Position numbers and translations under genes: made by a program. The notes below the pieces were generated by a model. The model was not told the origin of the DNA. It saw only the letters and a program-made list of their open reading frames with translations, and did not search any database. Below are positions 10,647 to 21,818 of a stretch of DNA of 64,000 bases, piece after piece. The stretch lies in the NCBI GenBank assembly GCA_963822585.1, contig CAWGIE010000026.1:128001-192000 (forward strand), written 5' to 3'. Every line of letters begins with the position of its first letter. The stretch's first letter is position 1. Origin of the DNA: an uncultured bacterium (GTDB lineage Bacteria; Auribacterota; Erginobacteria; Erginobacterales; Erginobacteraceae).

Positions 10647-10806
10647 TCACCACGAAGAGCACGAGCCGAGCGCAGTGAGAGGGGTCCCGCTCGCGGGACA
10701 AGGAGCGCAGCGACTGCCCAACGACACGAAGAAAGATATTAAAAAAGATATTAGTGATTATCTGTTTTTCTAAAAATTCTTCATGACCTTCGTGTCCTTC
10801 GTGGTT
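10647..10806. repeat. 9-bp-periodic inverted repeat element (CACGAAG / CTTCGTG family)
   Basis: TCACCACGAAGAGCACGA...CTTCGTGTCCTTCGTGGTT; siblings at 42644, 45820, 53702 and a half copy at 13285. Confidence 0.85.
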
Positions 10807-10843
10807 AAAAAGTTGTATCCAGGCGCTATGTTCCTGTTTCGGG

Positions 10844-10940
10844 ATTTCAATAACGTAGTGTGAAGTGGAAGGCGTAAAGCTTTATTACACTTTAAACATT
10901 ACACTTTACACTACAAGTTGCGCCGGAGGCGCAAACTTGT
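10844..10940 (+). repeat. ~100-bp repeat (ATTTCAATAACGTAGTGTGAAGTG...TACACTTTACACTACAAGTTGCGCCGGAGGCGC)
   Basis: Near-identical to two tandem copies at 60885-61111; ends directly at ATG 10941. Confidence 0.85.
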
Positions 10941-12083
10941 ATGTATTTGCCGGCGAAACCCTATCTGAAGCGCGCCCGTCTCCGGGTGTTTGAATACGAT
11001 CCGGGACTGATCCGCCTCCGCCGGGCGGTCCGGATCATTCTCTGCGGTCTGCTCTCGGTCATCCCGGCGGTCCTGATCTCGGCCTTTTCCGGAATCGGAA
11101 GCGCCCTGGCCGAAAGGCCGGGGCCTCTTCTCGACCCCCGTCTGGTCCTCCCTGCCCTTATCACTGCGGTCCTTCTGGCCTCCTCCATCGCCGGAAGTTC
11201 TCCCCGCGCCCGGCAACGGGGGATGCTGCGAAATTTTCTCTGCGCGATCGTGGTCACCATCCCCGCCTCTCTGGTCGTCGAGGGGTCTTTTACTTATGGC
11301 GTGCTCTTCTGTTCCGCCGCCTTCCTCGTTCTCTACCTGCGCCGCTTCGGCCCCTCCTGGAACGGTATCTCCACCATCGGACTGCTCACCCTGGCCCTGG
11401 GCCCCCGCCTCGGAATAACACCCGCTCAGCTTCCCCGTTTCTGGGCAGTCCTCGGCGGCGCGTTCCTGGCCGGTTTTTTTGTCAGCTTCCATCTTCTGCC
11501 CGTGCGCCTGACCCGGGCCCTTCTGGACTGCCTGGCCCGGTTCGTCGCCGCCGCCGCTGCCTCCGTACGGTACCTTCGACTAACCGCCCGGGGACGGGCC
11601 GGGGACCGGGCCGACCTCGTCAAAAAGGCGAAGAAGGAGATGGGCGAGGCGCTCTTCCTCTGGTTCAACATCGCCTCCAAGGTTCTTCCCCGGAAGGACC
11701 CGGCCTGGAATATCCTGGACGAGATTGCCGACTCCCAATTCCGTCTCGGCAACCTGCTCCGGATCGCCCGAAGTGCCCTGGAACATCTTCAGGGAACGGG
11801 GGAAGAGGAAACCCTTCTCCGGGCGGAATCGGTTCTCGGTCAACTTGAATCCGTGCTCGAGGAGGGGAGGCGGGAGCTGGTCCTGGAGGGAGCCATTCAT
11901 CTCGACCTGGATCGGTTCCTGACCTCAGCCCGGAACTTCCGGGAAGAATGGGAATCCCGTCGGGGGCCGATCACCCCCGGGGATATCCAGGCCGGGAGAT
12001 TTGCCGTCGCCATGGGGCAGGCCGCCGCCGTGGTCGGTTCTCTCTCCCGGGAATCCCTGCGGCTGGCGGGGAGGAAAGGATGA
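10941..12083 (+). CDS. FUSC / aromatic-acid-exporter-like membrane protein, first half
   Basis: 'DPGLIRLRRAVR', 'YLRRFGP', TM bundle followed by a helical domain. Confidence 0.65.
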   Translation: MYLPAKPYLKRARLRVFEYDPGLIRLRRAVRIILCGLLSVIPAVLISAFSGIGSALAERPGPLLDPRLVLPALITAVLLASSIAGSSPRARQRGMLRNFLCAIVVTIPASLVVEGSFTYGVLFCSAAFLVLYLRRFGPSWNGISTIGLLTLALGPRLGITPAQLPRFWAVLGGAFLAGFFVSFHLLPVRLTRALLDCLARFVAAAAASVRYLRLTARGRAGDRADLVKKAKKEMGEALFLWFNIASKVLPRKDPAWNILDEIADSQFRLGNLLRIARSALEHLQGTGEEETLLRAESVLGQLESVLEEGRRELVLEGAIHLDLDRFLTSARNFREEWESRRGPITPGDIQAGRFAVAMGQAAAVVGSLSRESLRLAGRKG

Positions 12084-13198
12084 AAATATTCCATCTCCGT
12101 CCGACGACCCGGCTGGCGATCCAGGGAACGGTCGCCGTCGGTCTGGTCCTCTTCGTCGACTCACTGCTCGGGCTGCAGCGGCCCTACTGGGGAGCGCTGA
12201 TGGCCGTGGTGGTGATCGCGGGGTCGTGGGGCGAGAATCTGGGCAAGCTCAAGCAGCTTCTCCTGGGAACGCTGGGGGCGGTGGCGGGATCACTGGCCTT
12301 CCTGGTCCTGGTCGGGCGCCATCCCGGAACGGTGGCGGCCGTTTCTTTAGCCTGTCTCTTCCTCTGGGCCTATTACGCGCCCGTTTCCTATACCGCCTCC
12401 TGCGCCTGGATGGGGGCCTTCGCCATCATCACCATCACCTTCCTGCAGGGAGGGGAACACCAGGTTGCCCTCCTTCGGGGGGGACAGGTGATTATCGGGG
12501 GAGGGCTGGGAATCCTGGTTTCCGCCTTCGTCCTCCCGGTCGGAATCGGGGGTGACCTGGCCCGGCAGATCGCCGACCTCGATGATTTCCTGCGGAAAAC
12601 CGTTTGCCGTAACTTCGCCTCTTTCGCCGGAGTGCCGGCGGAGTCTCCCCGCTCCTCCGCCACCGAGATCGGCCGCCGTCTTGTAAAACTGACCGAGACC
12701 GGAAGAACGGCCGTCAACGAGTATATTATCTTCCCCGCCCGGCGCCGGGAACTGGCCGCCCGTCTTGATACCGTCCGCCGCCTTAGTTCTTATACCATCG
12801 GGCTGCTGGAAAGCCTGGCAGCCTGCCGGGGCGGCGAGCTCACCCCGGGGATGCGCGAGGTCTTTTCCACTGCCGCCGCCCTCATCGACCGGGCGTTTGC
12901 CCGCGGCTCCTGCGCGGGGGGGGATGTCTTTTCTCCGGAAGGGGAACTCGCCGTCCTCCGGGATCTTTTTACCGAGGAAGTAAGCAGGAAGGGGAAGGAC
13001 TTCCCCCGCCGGGACCTCGCCCCCTATCTGATGCTCTTCTATTACATCCGGGGCATCGTCGAGACCGCCGGAAATGTCCCCTGCGGCCTGGCCGCCCACC
13101 CCGAGGGCCATACCGGTGGCCTTCACCCCCCCCCGTCCCTGATTGGTTCCCTCCCATTTTATATGGGAAAAGCCACTGCGACGCATCAAACAAAATGA
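12080..13198 (+). CDS. FUSC family membrane protein, second half
   Basis: 'RLAIQGTVA', 'RPYWGALMA', 'LLGTLGA'; ATGA overlap with the upstream gene. Confidence 0.7.
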   Translation: MKIFHLRPTTRLAIQGTVAVGLVLFVDSLLGLQRPYWGALMAVVVIAGSWGENLGKLKQLLLGTLGAVAGSLAFLVLVGRHPGTVAAVSLACLFLWAYYAPVSYTASCAWMGAFAIITITFLQGGEHQVALLRGGQVIIGGGLGILVSAFVLPVGIGGDLARQIADLDDFLRKTVCRNFASFAGVPAESPRSSATEIGRRLVKLTETGRTAVNEYIIFPARRRELAARLDTVRRLSSYTIGLLESLAACRGGELTPGMREVFSTAAALIDRAFARGSCAGGDVFSPEGELAVLRDLFTEEVSRKGKDFPRRDLAPYLMLFYYIRGIVETAGNVPCGLAAHPEGHTGGLHPPPSLIGSLPFYMGKATATHQTK

Positions 13199-13326
13199 GC
13201 GCCGGAGGCGCTAATTTACACAGACAGGAATGTCTGTGTCACTCTGCAGTTATACATCATGCTGTCCTTCTTCCCCGATCTTTCCTTCGTGTTCTTCGTG
13301 TCCTTCGTGGTAAATTATACCCCGTT

Positions 13327-16300
13327 ATGGAAGATCTACTGGCATCGGTTGATGGGTCCTCGGAGTTTCGCCTCTTCCTCGAAGCCTGGGAATCGGGGGC
13401 TGACCTGCGGGCGCTCCGGGCGGTTGGATCGTCGCCCGGGTTTATCGTCGCCCGGGCGTACCGGGAGTCGCCGCGGTCTTTTCTCCTGATCGCCGGCGGG
13501 GAGAGGGCGGCGGAGCGTCTTGGCCGGGAAATGGAAGGTTTTCTGGGCGAAGGGCCGGTTGTCTTCCCGCCGGAAGAGATGCTGCCGGGCGATCCGCCGC
13601 GCCCCGACCCGGTGATTCAGGCGGAACGGCTGGCCATCCTCGCCCGGCTCGCCGATCCGGACGTCCCTTCTTTCCCCCTGATCGCCTCCCCCGGCGCGCT
13701 GAGTTCCAACCTCCCCTCGCCGGAAGACTGCCGGGCTTCCGTCATCCGGCTCTCCCCCGCCGACGATCTGGCGCCGGCCGCGCTGCTGGAAATGCTGGTC
13801 GCCCGGGGATATGAATACCAGGACCCGGTCATGGAACGGGGGCGGTTCGCCCGCCGGGGAGGAGTGGTCGACCTCTTCCCGGGGAATGCCGATCATCCCC
13901 TTCGGGTGGAATTCGACGGGGATCTGGTCGCCTCTCTGAGGAAATTCGACCCTCAGGCCCAGCGTTCGATCGGCCCGGTGGAAAAAATGGAGATATTCCC
14001 TCTGTCCGGCGCCGGGCAGGCGGCCCTTTTTGACTACCTCCCCCACGATTGCCGGCTGATCTGGGCCGCCGGCGTTCTCCCCGACGATCAGGTTGAGTTC
14101 GAGCGGCGCCGGCACGGGCGCCCCGCGATCTTCTTTTTCCCCGACGCTCTGATCGGGGAGGCAAGCGGTCTCCCCTCCGGGGCGGAAATCCGGTTCTCCA
14201 TCAGTACCCTGGAGAGATTTAAGTACCGGGATATCGGGATGCCCTATCCACTCCTGGACGCGCTTCCCGAGTTCCTCGCCGGGGGGTATCGTATTTTGAT
14301 CTACGCCCACAACCCCGGTGAAGCCGATCGGCTGGAGGAGATCCTGAAGGATCGGGGGATCGATCCGGGGCCGGATCTCCGCCTGAGCATCGGTGAGCTG
14401 ACGGAAGGTTTTATCTGGGAGGACCCCCGCCTGGTGGTGATGGGTGATAGCGAGATCTTTTCCCGGTATCGGATTCCCCGTCCCCGGCAGAAATACACCG
14501 GCACCACGACCGGCCTTCCCCGGGTGGAATTCTATCCCGGGGATTACGTCGTCCACCTCGATCACGGGATCGGGAAGTTCCTGGGGATCAAGCAGGTGAC
14601 TGTCGCCGGCCGCTGCCGGGAGATGCTCGTCATTCGGTACGCGGAGAAGGCCCGCCTCTACCTGGACCTGACCCAGTCCCACCTGCTCAGCCGATATATG
14701 GGCGCGGGGAAAGCCCGGCCCAAGATGGACCGGCTGGGTGGCGGCCGCTGGCTCAGGGCCAAGATCGCCGCTGAGCGGTCGGTCCACGACCTGGCGGGGG
14801 AGATGCTTGAGCTCCAGGCTCACCGGGCGGCCATGCGGGGCCATTGTTTCCCACCCGATACCGCCTGGCAGAACGAGTTCGAAGCCGCCTTCATCTATCC
14901 CGAGACGCCGGAGCAATCCCGGGCCGTGGCCGAGATCAAACGGGATATGGAATCTCCTCGGCCGATGGACCGGCTCCTCTGCGGCGACGTCGGCTACGGG
15001 AAGACCGAGGTCGCCGTCCGGGCGGCTTTCAAGACGGTGATGGACGGTCTGCAGGCGGCGGTCCTGGTCCCGACCACGGTCCTGGCCCAGCAGCACACCC
15101 GGACCTTCCGGGACCGGATGTCGGACTACCCGGTGCGGGTGGAGATGCTCTCCCGGCTGATCACGCCGGAGGAACAGACCGGCATCCTGGCCGATCTGGC
15201 GGCCGGAAAGGTTGACATCGTGATCGGGACCCACCGGCTTCTTCAGGACGACGTTGCCTTCAGCGATCTCGGCCTGGTCATCATCGACGAGGAACAGCGT
15301 TTCGGCGTCCGCCACAAGGAAAAGTTGAAGCGGATGAAAAAGCTGGTCGACGTTCTCACCCTGACCGCCACCCCCATCCCCCGGACCCTCTACCTCTCCC
15401 TGACCGGCGCCCGCGATCTCAGCTCCATCACCACCCCCCCCCAGGACCGGCTGGCGGTGGAGACCCGGGTCATCTCCTACAACCCGGAGACGGTGAAACA
15501 TGCCGTTCGTCGCGAGGCGGAGCGCGGCGGACAGATCTTCTATCTCCACAACCGGGTCCGGGACATCGAACAGGTCCGCCGCCGTCTCGAGACCTGGTTT
15601 CCGAAACTGAGGATCGCCTCCGCCCACGGCCGGATGGGGGAGGAGGAGCTGGCGGCGGTGATGGATCTCTTCGCCGGCGGTGGGATCGATCTCCTCGTCT
15701 GCACCACCATCATCGAGTCGGGCCTCGATATCCCCAACGCCAACACTCTGATCGTGGAGAATGCCCACCGGTTCGGACTGGCCGACCTCTATCAGCTCCG
15801 GGGGAGAGTAGGGCGGTTCAAGCACCGGGCCTACGCCTATTTTTTCTACCCGCCCGCCGTTTATCTGGAGGATGCCGCCCGGAAACGCCTGAGGGCGATC
15901 GAAGAGTTTTCCCATCTCGGGGCCGGTTACGGCCTGGCCCTCCGCGACCTCGAGATCCGGGGCGCCGGGAATATTCTGGGCCGGCAGCAGCACGGCCACA
16001 TCGCCGCCGTCGGCTTCGATCTTTATTGCCGTCTCCTGCAAGAGAGCATCGCCCGGCTCCGGGGAGATGAGTTGAAGCCGCCGCCGAAAGTCTCGATCGA
16101 GTTCACCCTCCCGATCTCCCTCGCCCTTGACTATACCGGGACCGAGAGCCAGCGGATCGAGATTTACCGGGATTGGGCGGCGATCGCCGGCCGCGAGGAG
16201 ATCGGAAAGTGGCTGGCCGCTCTCCGCGACCGGTTCGGTCCGCCGCCGCTCGAAGCGGAGCTTCTGGCCAAGGTGGCGGAGTTAAAACTGGCCGCGGCCA

Positions 16301-16455
16301 AGAAAGGGATCACCTCCATCCGGTGGATCGAGGGGAGATACGCCTTCTTCCGGGGGGAGGAGATTCTCCGCGCCTGGCCGGGCGCCCCCCCCGATTCCCC
16401 GGAAGCCCTCACCCGGTTCATTAAAGAGGCGATGGTTAGATGCCGTGAACTTTGA
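13327..16455 (+). CDS. mfd: Transcription-repair coupling factor
   Basis: '[12 protein letters not shown]', '[10 protein letters not shown]', '[10 protein letters not shown]', 'TATPIPRTL', 'QLRGRVGR', 'DLEIRGAGN'; start placed at ATG 13327, after the repeat elements. Confidence 0.95.
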   Translation: MEDLLASVDGSSEFRLFLEAWESGADLRALRAVGSSPGFIVARAYRESPRSFLLIAGGERAAERLGREMEGFLGEGPVVFPPEEMLPGDPPRPDPVIQAERLAILARLADPDVPSFPLIASPGALSSNLPSPEDCRASVIRLSPADDLAPAALLEMLVARGYEYQDPVMERGRFARRGGVVDLFPGNADHPLRVEFDGDLVASLRKFDPQAQRSIGPVEKMEIFPLSGAGQAALFDYLPHDCRLIWAAGVLPDDQVEFERRRHGRPAIFFFPDALIGEASGLPSGAEIRFSISTLERFKYRDIGMPYPLLDALPEFLAGGYRILIYAHNPGEADRLEEILKDRGIDPGPDLRLSIGELTEGFIWEDPRLVVMGDSEIFSRYRIPRPRQKYTGTTTGLPRVEFYPGDYVVHLDHGIGKFLGIKQVTVAGRCREMLVIRYAEKARLYLDLTQSHLLSRYMGAGKARPKMDRLGGGRWLRAKIAAERSVHDLAGEMLELQAHRAAMRGHCFPPDTAWQNEFEAAFIYPETPEQSRAVAEIKRDMESPRPMDRLLCGDVGYGKTEVAVRAAFKTVMDGLQAAVLVPTTVLAQQHTRTFRDRMSDYPVRVEMLSRLITPEEQTGILADLAAGKVDIVIGTHRLLQDDVAFSDLGLVIIDEEQRFGVRHKEKLKRMKKLVDVLTLTATPIPRTLYLSLTGARDLSSITTPPQDRLAVETRVISYNPETVKHAVRREAERGGQIFYLHNRVRDIEQVRRRLETWFPKLRIASAHGRMGEEELAAVMDLFAGGGIDLLVCTTIIESGLDIPNANTLIVENAHRFGLADLYQLRGRVGRFKHRAYAYFFYPPAVYLEDAARKRLRAIEEFSHLGAGYGLALRDLEIRGAGNILGRQQHGHIAAVGFDLYCRLLQESIARLRGDELKPPPKVSIEFTLPISLALDYTGTESQRIEIYRDWAAIAGREEIGKWLAALRDRFGPPPLEAELLAKVAELKLAAAKKGITSIRWIEGRYAFFRGEEILRAWPGAPPDSPEALTRFIKEAMVRCREL

Positions 16456-16559
16456 TACAAAAAGAGTTGTCTGCCATTTAATTGGGCAAATGATTGTAAT
16501 CAGAAGATCATTAACATTTCCAATCGAGTATTCTTTTTCACTGGGGTAAAAAAATAAAC

Positions 16560-17291
16560 CTGTCTTCAAAAAAAATTACCGCCGATGTCACGTTCGCGGT
16601 CTTCCTGGCCGTCTTTGTCTGGGTCGCCTTTGTCGCGTATCAGAAAGGGTGGCACGGCCTGGCCGTTGTCTTCGGTGCCGGCTCTGTGCTAGCGGCCGGC
16701 GTCTTTGTGGTTCTGCGCCGGCGGGCGCCGGCGAAAGACGATTACGTGCATTTCGAACAGTACTGCGCCGAGAACCGTTACGAAAAATCCGACTTCGGTG
16801 TCCTTGCTCCGGAGATCCTGAAAAGATCCCATTACCTGTCAAGAAGAGGAAGATATTCCCTTCTCTATACCAATTCGTCGCGGCGGCTCAGGCACATCGC
16901 GGCCCTGACGCGGACCGACCACCGCAATAGCTACGGGGTATTGCCTGAATACACGGTCTTTATGGTGGAGGGAAAAGCGACCTACTGCGATCATTGCCTG
17001 GCTTTTCCCCGGAAAAGCCGGGAAAGCCGCGCTTTCGCCGTTATCCACGGGGAGGGGTTCAACACCTCCGACCGGCACCCCGATATCCGGTTTTATTCTG
17101 TCGAACCAGCCCTGCCGGAGAAGACGGTGCAGATTGTCGCCGACATCATCGGTCGATTGGAGCTGAAGGAGATCGGCATCGAATGCTTCGGCCCCTGGCT
17201 TATGGTTGTTATCCCGCAGATCCCCGACCGCCGTACAGGCGCCGGCATTTTTGATGTTCTTCAATTTGGTAATAATGGAAGGGAGCCATAA
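16560..17291 (+). CDS. Hypothetical membrane-anchored protein (start uncertain)
   Basis: Frame stays open upstream of 16686 and adds a TM segment ('VTFAVFLAVFVWVAFV'); no ATG, so the start is non-canonical or lost. Confidence 0.45.
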   Translation: MSSKKITADVTFAVFLAVFVWVAFVAYQKGWHGLAVVFGAGSVLAAGVFVVLRRRAPAKDDYVHFEQYCAENRYEKSDFGVLAPEILKRSHYLSRRGRYSLLYTNSSRRLRHIAALTRTDHRNSYGVLPEYTVFMVEGKATYCDHCLAFPRKSRESRAFAVIHGEGFNTSDRHPDIRFYSVEPALPEKTVQIVADIIGRLELKEIGIECFGPWLMVVIPQIPDRRTGAGIFDVLQFGNNGREP

Positions 17292-17362
17292 ATATAAACA
17301 ATAAATTTAAGATTTTTTATCAAAGGCCACTGATTCAATTATCATCTATATGGTAAGCTATA

Positions 17363-17803
17363 TTGCATGAAATAAAAATCCGAAGCCCCCTTATTTATTT
17401 GTTGGCTATGAGCGTTTCTTTTCTCCTGCCCATAACAGCTGTCAGAGCGCAATCTGTAACTTATCCTGCCGCGGCTACTGAATGGCACCATGGCCAAACC
17501 AATACGCACGTGGACTGGACAACGGGAGGATTTTATCCCTGGGAAGAGTTGTCTGTGGAGTTATACCGGTACATCGGCGGTATCACTCCTTATGAATACG
17601 TGGATCAGTACTGCGACAATACGGAAAACGACGGGACGGTGACGAGAACAGATCCTGTACCCGTATCCTGGGGGACGGTTCTCTATTGGGTTGAGGCGTC
17701 CTTTTTTGGGGCGTGCAGAGATAAGGAAGTGGGATGGAGGAGGTACTTTAGTGGGGTCTACGGTAGGGGGATTTTGGGAGATTTACTGCTATTTCAAACT
17801 TGA
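17363..17803 (+). pseudogene. Probable truncated secreted-protein gene
   Basis: Signal peptide (VRA-Q) and beta-rich domain up to 'PVPVSWGT', then apparently unrelated sequence just before the IS. Confidence 0.35.
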
Positions 17804-17913
17804 TATTAAGTATCTTGCATCCATGCAGTCCAGATTCCAGCTTAGTACACGCACTTCGGCAGAGCCAGAGAGATCATTACTAGAAGGGATAATATCAAAG
17901 GGGAGACTTTTAG

Positions 17914-19255
17914 GGTTCCTCGCTATTTTCAGTGGCCCAAGAGTTCGGTATAAGGCATCATCTTATGCATGAAGACACCAGAAAAGTTGTTCAGTGAGTT
18001 GTTGGGTTTGGGCCCGGCGTGGGCAGTTGAGGATGCGACATTCAAGGCCGAGAATAATATCGTAGAATTGCGCGTTAAAGAGACGCCTGAACTTTGGAAG
18101 ATAGAACGCTGCCCTCACGATGGAAGCGATGGCGTGACCTGCCATGATCACATACGAGGGCTTCGGTGGCGACATTTGAATGTGTTCAACAAGGAAGTTG
18201 AAATCGTCTGTGATCTGCCAAGAGGGAAGTGTCCAAAGTGCGGAAAAGTATGGCGGGTGACCCCACCTTGGGAAGGACGGGCGAAGCATTTTACGAAAGA
18301 GTTCGAAGCCTTCGCCCTGACCTTGATGCGGGAGATGCCGGTTAAAAAGGCCGCGGAGATTCTTGGCGAGCAAGACACCAGGATGTGGCGGGTTGTGAGT
18401 GCCTATGTGGAAGAGGCGTACAAGAGAGTGGATATGTCGGATGTTGTTTCCGTCGGGGTTGATGAGATGTCTCGATCGAAGGGGCATCGCTACCTGACGG
18501 TGTTTGCCGATTTGGTGCTCAAGCGAGTGCTGTTTGCCACCCCAGGTAAAGACAGCGAGACGTGGGCGGAGTTTACCAATGCGTTGGAGGACCATAAGGG
18601 GAAAGCGGAATCGCTTACGAGCGTATCTATGGATATGAGCAAGGCCTATGCGAAGGGAGTGCGCGAGAACTGCAGCAATGCCCGGATAGTCTACGACAAG
18701 TTTCACGTGATTGCCCATGCCAACAAAGCGGTGGATCTTGTCCGCCAGAGCGAATCCCAGAGTGGGCGCCCGATAGTCCGGGAGACATTGGCCAAGAGTC
18801 GTTGGATCTGGCTGAAGAACCCGGAAAATCTGACCAAGAAACAGAAAGCCCGGTTGAAGCGGATTGATCAGGATATGCTGCTGACCGGAAGAGCATACCA
18901 GATGCGGCTGGCGCTGCAGGAGATTTACCGGCTCGGTTCTGTCACTGAGGCGGCCAAGCGATTTGGAGAATGGTGCCGCTGGGTTCAACGAGAAGCTCGC
19001 AAAACCAGCCGATGGCTTCTTTACCATATGTCCCAGGTTGCCGATATGATCGAATCCCACATCGCAGGAATCCTGGCACACTGGAATCAGGGTGTGACCA
19101 ATGCTTTTATGGAAGGGATTAATAGTGTTTTCTCCGCTGTTCGACGCAAGGCTCGTGGGTATCGAAGCTCCCGGAATATGATTACTATGCTCTACTTTGT
19201 CGCCGGCAAACTTCCTTCACCTGCTGAACTCAGCCACTGAAAATAGCGAGGAACC
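17914..19255 (+). mobile_element. ISL3-family insertion sequence, intact
   Basis: Perfect 23-bp TIRs GGTTCCTCGCTATTTTCAGTGGC (17914-17936 / 19233-19255); 8-bp target duplication ACTTTTAG (17906-17913 / 19256-19263). Confidence 0.95.
17969..19240 (+). CDS. ISL3 family transposase
   Basis: Zn finger 'RWRHL...CPKCG', 'GVDE', 'SMDMS', 'YDKFHV', 'TNAFMEGIN...KARGYR'. Confidence 0.95.
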   Translation: MKTPEKLFSELLGLGPAWAVEDATFKAENNIVELRVKETPELWKIERCPHDGSDGVTCHDHIRGLRWRHLNVFNKEVEIVCDLPRGKCPKCGKVWRVTPPWEGRAKHFTKEFEAFALTLMREMPVKKAAEILGEQDTRMWRVVSAYVEEAYKRVDMSDVVSVGVDEMSRSKGHRYLTVFADLVLKRVLFATPGKDSETWAEFTNALEDHKGKAESLTSVSMDMSKAYAKGVRENCSNARIVYDKFHVIAHANKAVDLVRQSESQSGRPIVRETLAKSRWIWLKNPENLTKKQKARLKRIDQDMLLTGRAYQMRLALQEIYRLGSVTEAAKRFGEWCRWVQREARKTSRWLLYHMSQVADMIESHIAGILAHWNQGVTNAFMEGINSVFSAVRRKARGYRSSRNMITMLYFVAGKLPSPAELSH

Positions 19256-19479
19256 ACTTTTAGAGAAAGGTATTTTTATAACTAGAGGAGAAGCGTAAAC
19301 TTTGTACAAAAGACAGATGTTTTTACCTGACTAAACTATCCAAAGTAAAATGGCCTAAGTTGTCCAGAAAGCTCTGAAGACATACAGTATCTAGGAAAAA
19401 TTCCGAAGCAGAACGTAGTCCTCAATGAGTTCGGATTTAGAGGTTGTGGTTGCCCCGGAAATAGCAAAAGGAGGTCCGT

Positions 19480-20475
19480 ATGGATGTCAACCAGTCGGAT
19501 GATATAATCCTGGCAATAAAAAAGATACTCAGCAAGAAAAGAGGGAAACTTATCCCCATCGCGATTATCGGTCTGCTGATATTGATCGGCTTAACCGGAA
19601 CTTATTATACCATTGATGCCGATGAAGTGGGTGTGGTCCTGCGCTTTGGAAGATACATTGCTTCCACTCCCCCGGGGCTCCATTTCAAGCTCCCCTTTGG
19701 CATTGACAAAGTAACTCCGATAAAAATCCAGCGCATCTTTACCGAAGAGTTCGGGTTCAGAACGTTACAGGCGGGCCGTAAGACAAAATATTCGGATCGC
19801 CCTTATCTGGAAGAATCCCTGATGCTCACCGGCGATCTTAATATCCTTGATGTCCGTTGGATTGTCCAGTACCGGATAGCGGATCCGATCAAGTATCTTT
19901 TCTCTACCAGAAATCCTATAAATAATATCCGGGATATATCCGAAGTAGTGATGAGAAGGTTGGTCGGCGACTACAGTGTCGATGAAGTCCTGACCACCAA
20001 TCGGGTGGAGATCAATGATCTGGCCCAGAGGGGGGTACAGGAAATTTTAGACGACTATGAAACCGGGATTCAAGTGGTTACCGTCAAGCTCCAGGATGTC
20101 AATCCTCCCGACAAGGTCAAACCGGCTTTCAATGAAGTCAACCAGGCCAAACAGGAGAAAGAGCGATTGGTCAATCAAGCCTGGGAAGCCTACAACAAAG
20201 TGGTCCCCAAAGCCCGGGGTGAAGCAGAGAGAACTATCAGAGAAGCCGAAGGATACTCGGTAGACAAGATCAACCGGGCGCAGGGGGATGTGGAAAGGTT
20301 TTTAGCGGTACTGGCTGAGTACAAGAAAGCGCCGGAAATAACTAAAAAGAGGATGTATCTAGAAAATATGTCGGAGGTTATTCCACAAGCGCGTCGGAAG
20401 TATGTCGTAGACCCGAAGCAATCCTCGATATTACCCCTTCTGAATGTCGGTCTTGAAGAAGGAGGTCAAAAATGA
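19480..20475 (+). CDS. hflK: FtsH modulator HflK
   Basis: 'GVVLRFG', 'MLTGDLN', 'AFNEVNQA', 'PKARGEA', 'RMYLE'; AAGGAGG RBS. Confidence 0.9.
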   Translation: MDVNQSDDIILAIKKILSKKRGKLIPIAIIGLLILIGLTGTYYTIDADEVGVVLRFGRYIASTPPGLHFKLPFGIDKVTPIKIQRIFTEEFGFRTLQAGRKTKYSDRPYLEESLMLTGDLNILDVRWIVQYRIADPIKYLFSTRNPINNIRDISEVVMRRLVGDYSVDEVLTTNRVEINDLAQRGVQEILDDYETGIQVVTVKLQDVNPPDKVKPAFNEVNQAKQEKERLVNQAWEAYNKVVPKARGEAERTIREAEGYSVDKINRAQGDVERFLAVLAEYKKAPEITKKRMYLENMSEVIPQARRKYVVDPKQSSILPLLNVGLEEGGQK

Positions 20476-21419
20476 AGATAGCTGCTTTTGCATTACTGGG
20501 GGTGATTGTAGTGGTGATCATTCTCTTTATGGTGGGTTGGGCTTATATTGTCCCGGAGACCCATCAGGTAGTAATTACCCAGTTCGGGCAGCCGGTCGGT
20601 GATCCCGTCACGGAGGCCGGCTTACACTTCAAAAAGCCCTTTATTCAGAAAGCCCGTTATTTCGAGAAGAGACTTCTGGGCTGGGACGGTGACCCCAACC
20701 AGATTCCCACCATGGATAAAAAATATATCTGGGTGGATACCACCGCCCGCTGGAAGATTGCCGATTCCCTGAAATTCCTCCAGACCGTGGGCAACGAGAT
20801 GGGAGCCCAGTCAAAACTCGACGACATCATCAACTCCGCCACCCGGGATGCTATTACCGGCTATCCCCTGGTGGAAGCTGTGAGAGATTCCAACCGGATT
20901 ATCGAGAGCGGGCAGGATAGTGCCGAGATGATCGTTATGGACGAAGCTCTCGAAAACATCGAGGTCGGTCGGAAGCAACTGGAGGCGGAGATACTAAAGA
21001 CGGCTAAAAAACTCGCTCCTCAATATGGCATCGATGTAGTGGACGTGCGGATAAAGCGTTTGAATTACGTCGAGGAAGTCCAGAGCAAGGTCTACGACCG
21101 GATGATCGCGGAAAGAAAACGGGCCGCCGAAAGCTATCGCTCCGAGGGGCATGGGAAACGGGCTGAGATTGACGGGCAAAGGGAGAAAGAACTGAAGAAG
21201 ATAACTTCCCAGGCCTACCGCACGGCCCAGGGACTCAAGGGAACAGCCGACGCGAGAGTGACCAAGATCTATGCTGACGCGTACAATAAAGACCTGGATT
21301 TTTATTCCTTCTTAAAGACATTGGAGACTTACAAAAAGACTATTGATAACAATACCACCCTCATCCTGACTACTGAGGATGAGTATTACCGGCACTTGAA
21401 AGGCCCGGAGGTAAAATAA
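20472..21419 (+). CDS. hflC: FtsH modulator HflC
   Basis: 'ITQFG', 'GLHFKKP', 'VDVRIKR', 'VYDRMIAER', 'FYSFLKTL'. Confidence 0.9.
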   Translation: MKIAAFALLGVIVVVIILFMVGWAYIVPETHQVVITQFGQPVGDPVTEAGLHFKKPFIQKARYFEKRLLGWDGDPNQIPTMDKKYIWVDTTARWKIADSLKFLQTVGNEMGAQSKLDDIINSATRDAITGYPLVEAVRDSNRIIESGQDSAEMIVMDEALENIEVGRKQLEAEILKTAKKLAPQYGIDVVDVRIKRLNYVEEVQSKVYDRMIAERKRAAESYRSEGHGKRAEIDGQREKELKKITSQAYRTAQGLKGTADARVTKIYADAYNKDLDFYSFLKTLETYKKTIDNNTTLILTTEDEYYRHLKGPEVK

Positions 21420-21576
21420 CGGGATAATAATTTATTTTGATCATTTGCTCAGTCTAATCTCCTCTTATTATATTCCATAGCCCTATTTTTCCAGGCTATA
21501 CCCTCTGGATCACACATATCTGGAGTAGGTTTTGATGGCCCGATTATGGCCTCGATAAGATCAAGTTTCTCCGTAA

Positions 21577-21760
21577 TCAGGGACAGACGACATCACCGTC
21601 AACTCGACCACCGGGATAAGCGCGACGGAGGTTGTGGCTAATATAGATATTGCCCCCGGGACCAGCGAGAAGATATATGATGTGAGCGTGGTGACCCCGG
21701 GGCAGCAGTTCAGCCCGGTGCCCCTGACAGGGGGGGGTTGCCATCAACAATTCCAGGATA
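21577..21760 (+). pseudogene. Relic of an Ig-like (IPT/TIG-type) surface-protein domain
   Basis: After an in-frame stop, reads SGTDDITVNSTTGISATEVVANIDIAPGTSEKIYDVSVVTPG. Confidence 0.4.
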
Positions 21761-21818
21761 TCCCCGGTGGACCCATCTTCGTTAAATTGCTCTTTACCTC
21801 CATCCCCCATGCCCCGGC

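Noticed and set aside
13126..13134. C9 run near the end of the second FUSC gene as a phase-variable site
   Set aside because: It would alter only a non-conserved tail; cannot tell whether the frame is wrong
13195..13326. N-terminal extension of Mfd as given in the ORF track
   Set aside because: It is translated repeat DNA (GCGCCGGAGGCGC hairpin and CTTCGTG arm); ATG 13327 is more plausible
13336..16041. Long antisense ORFs (901 aa here; also 46889-48697, 57437-59041, 61103-62950, 34110-35318)
   Set aside because: Shadow frames of GC-rich conserved genes, with no recognisable motifs
17330..17356. Third LexA box (TATATGGTA)
   Set aside because: Only a half-site; the left arm TACCATA is missing
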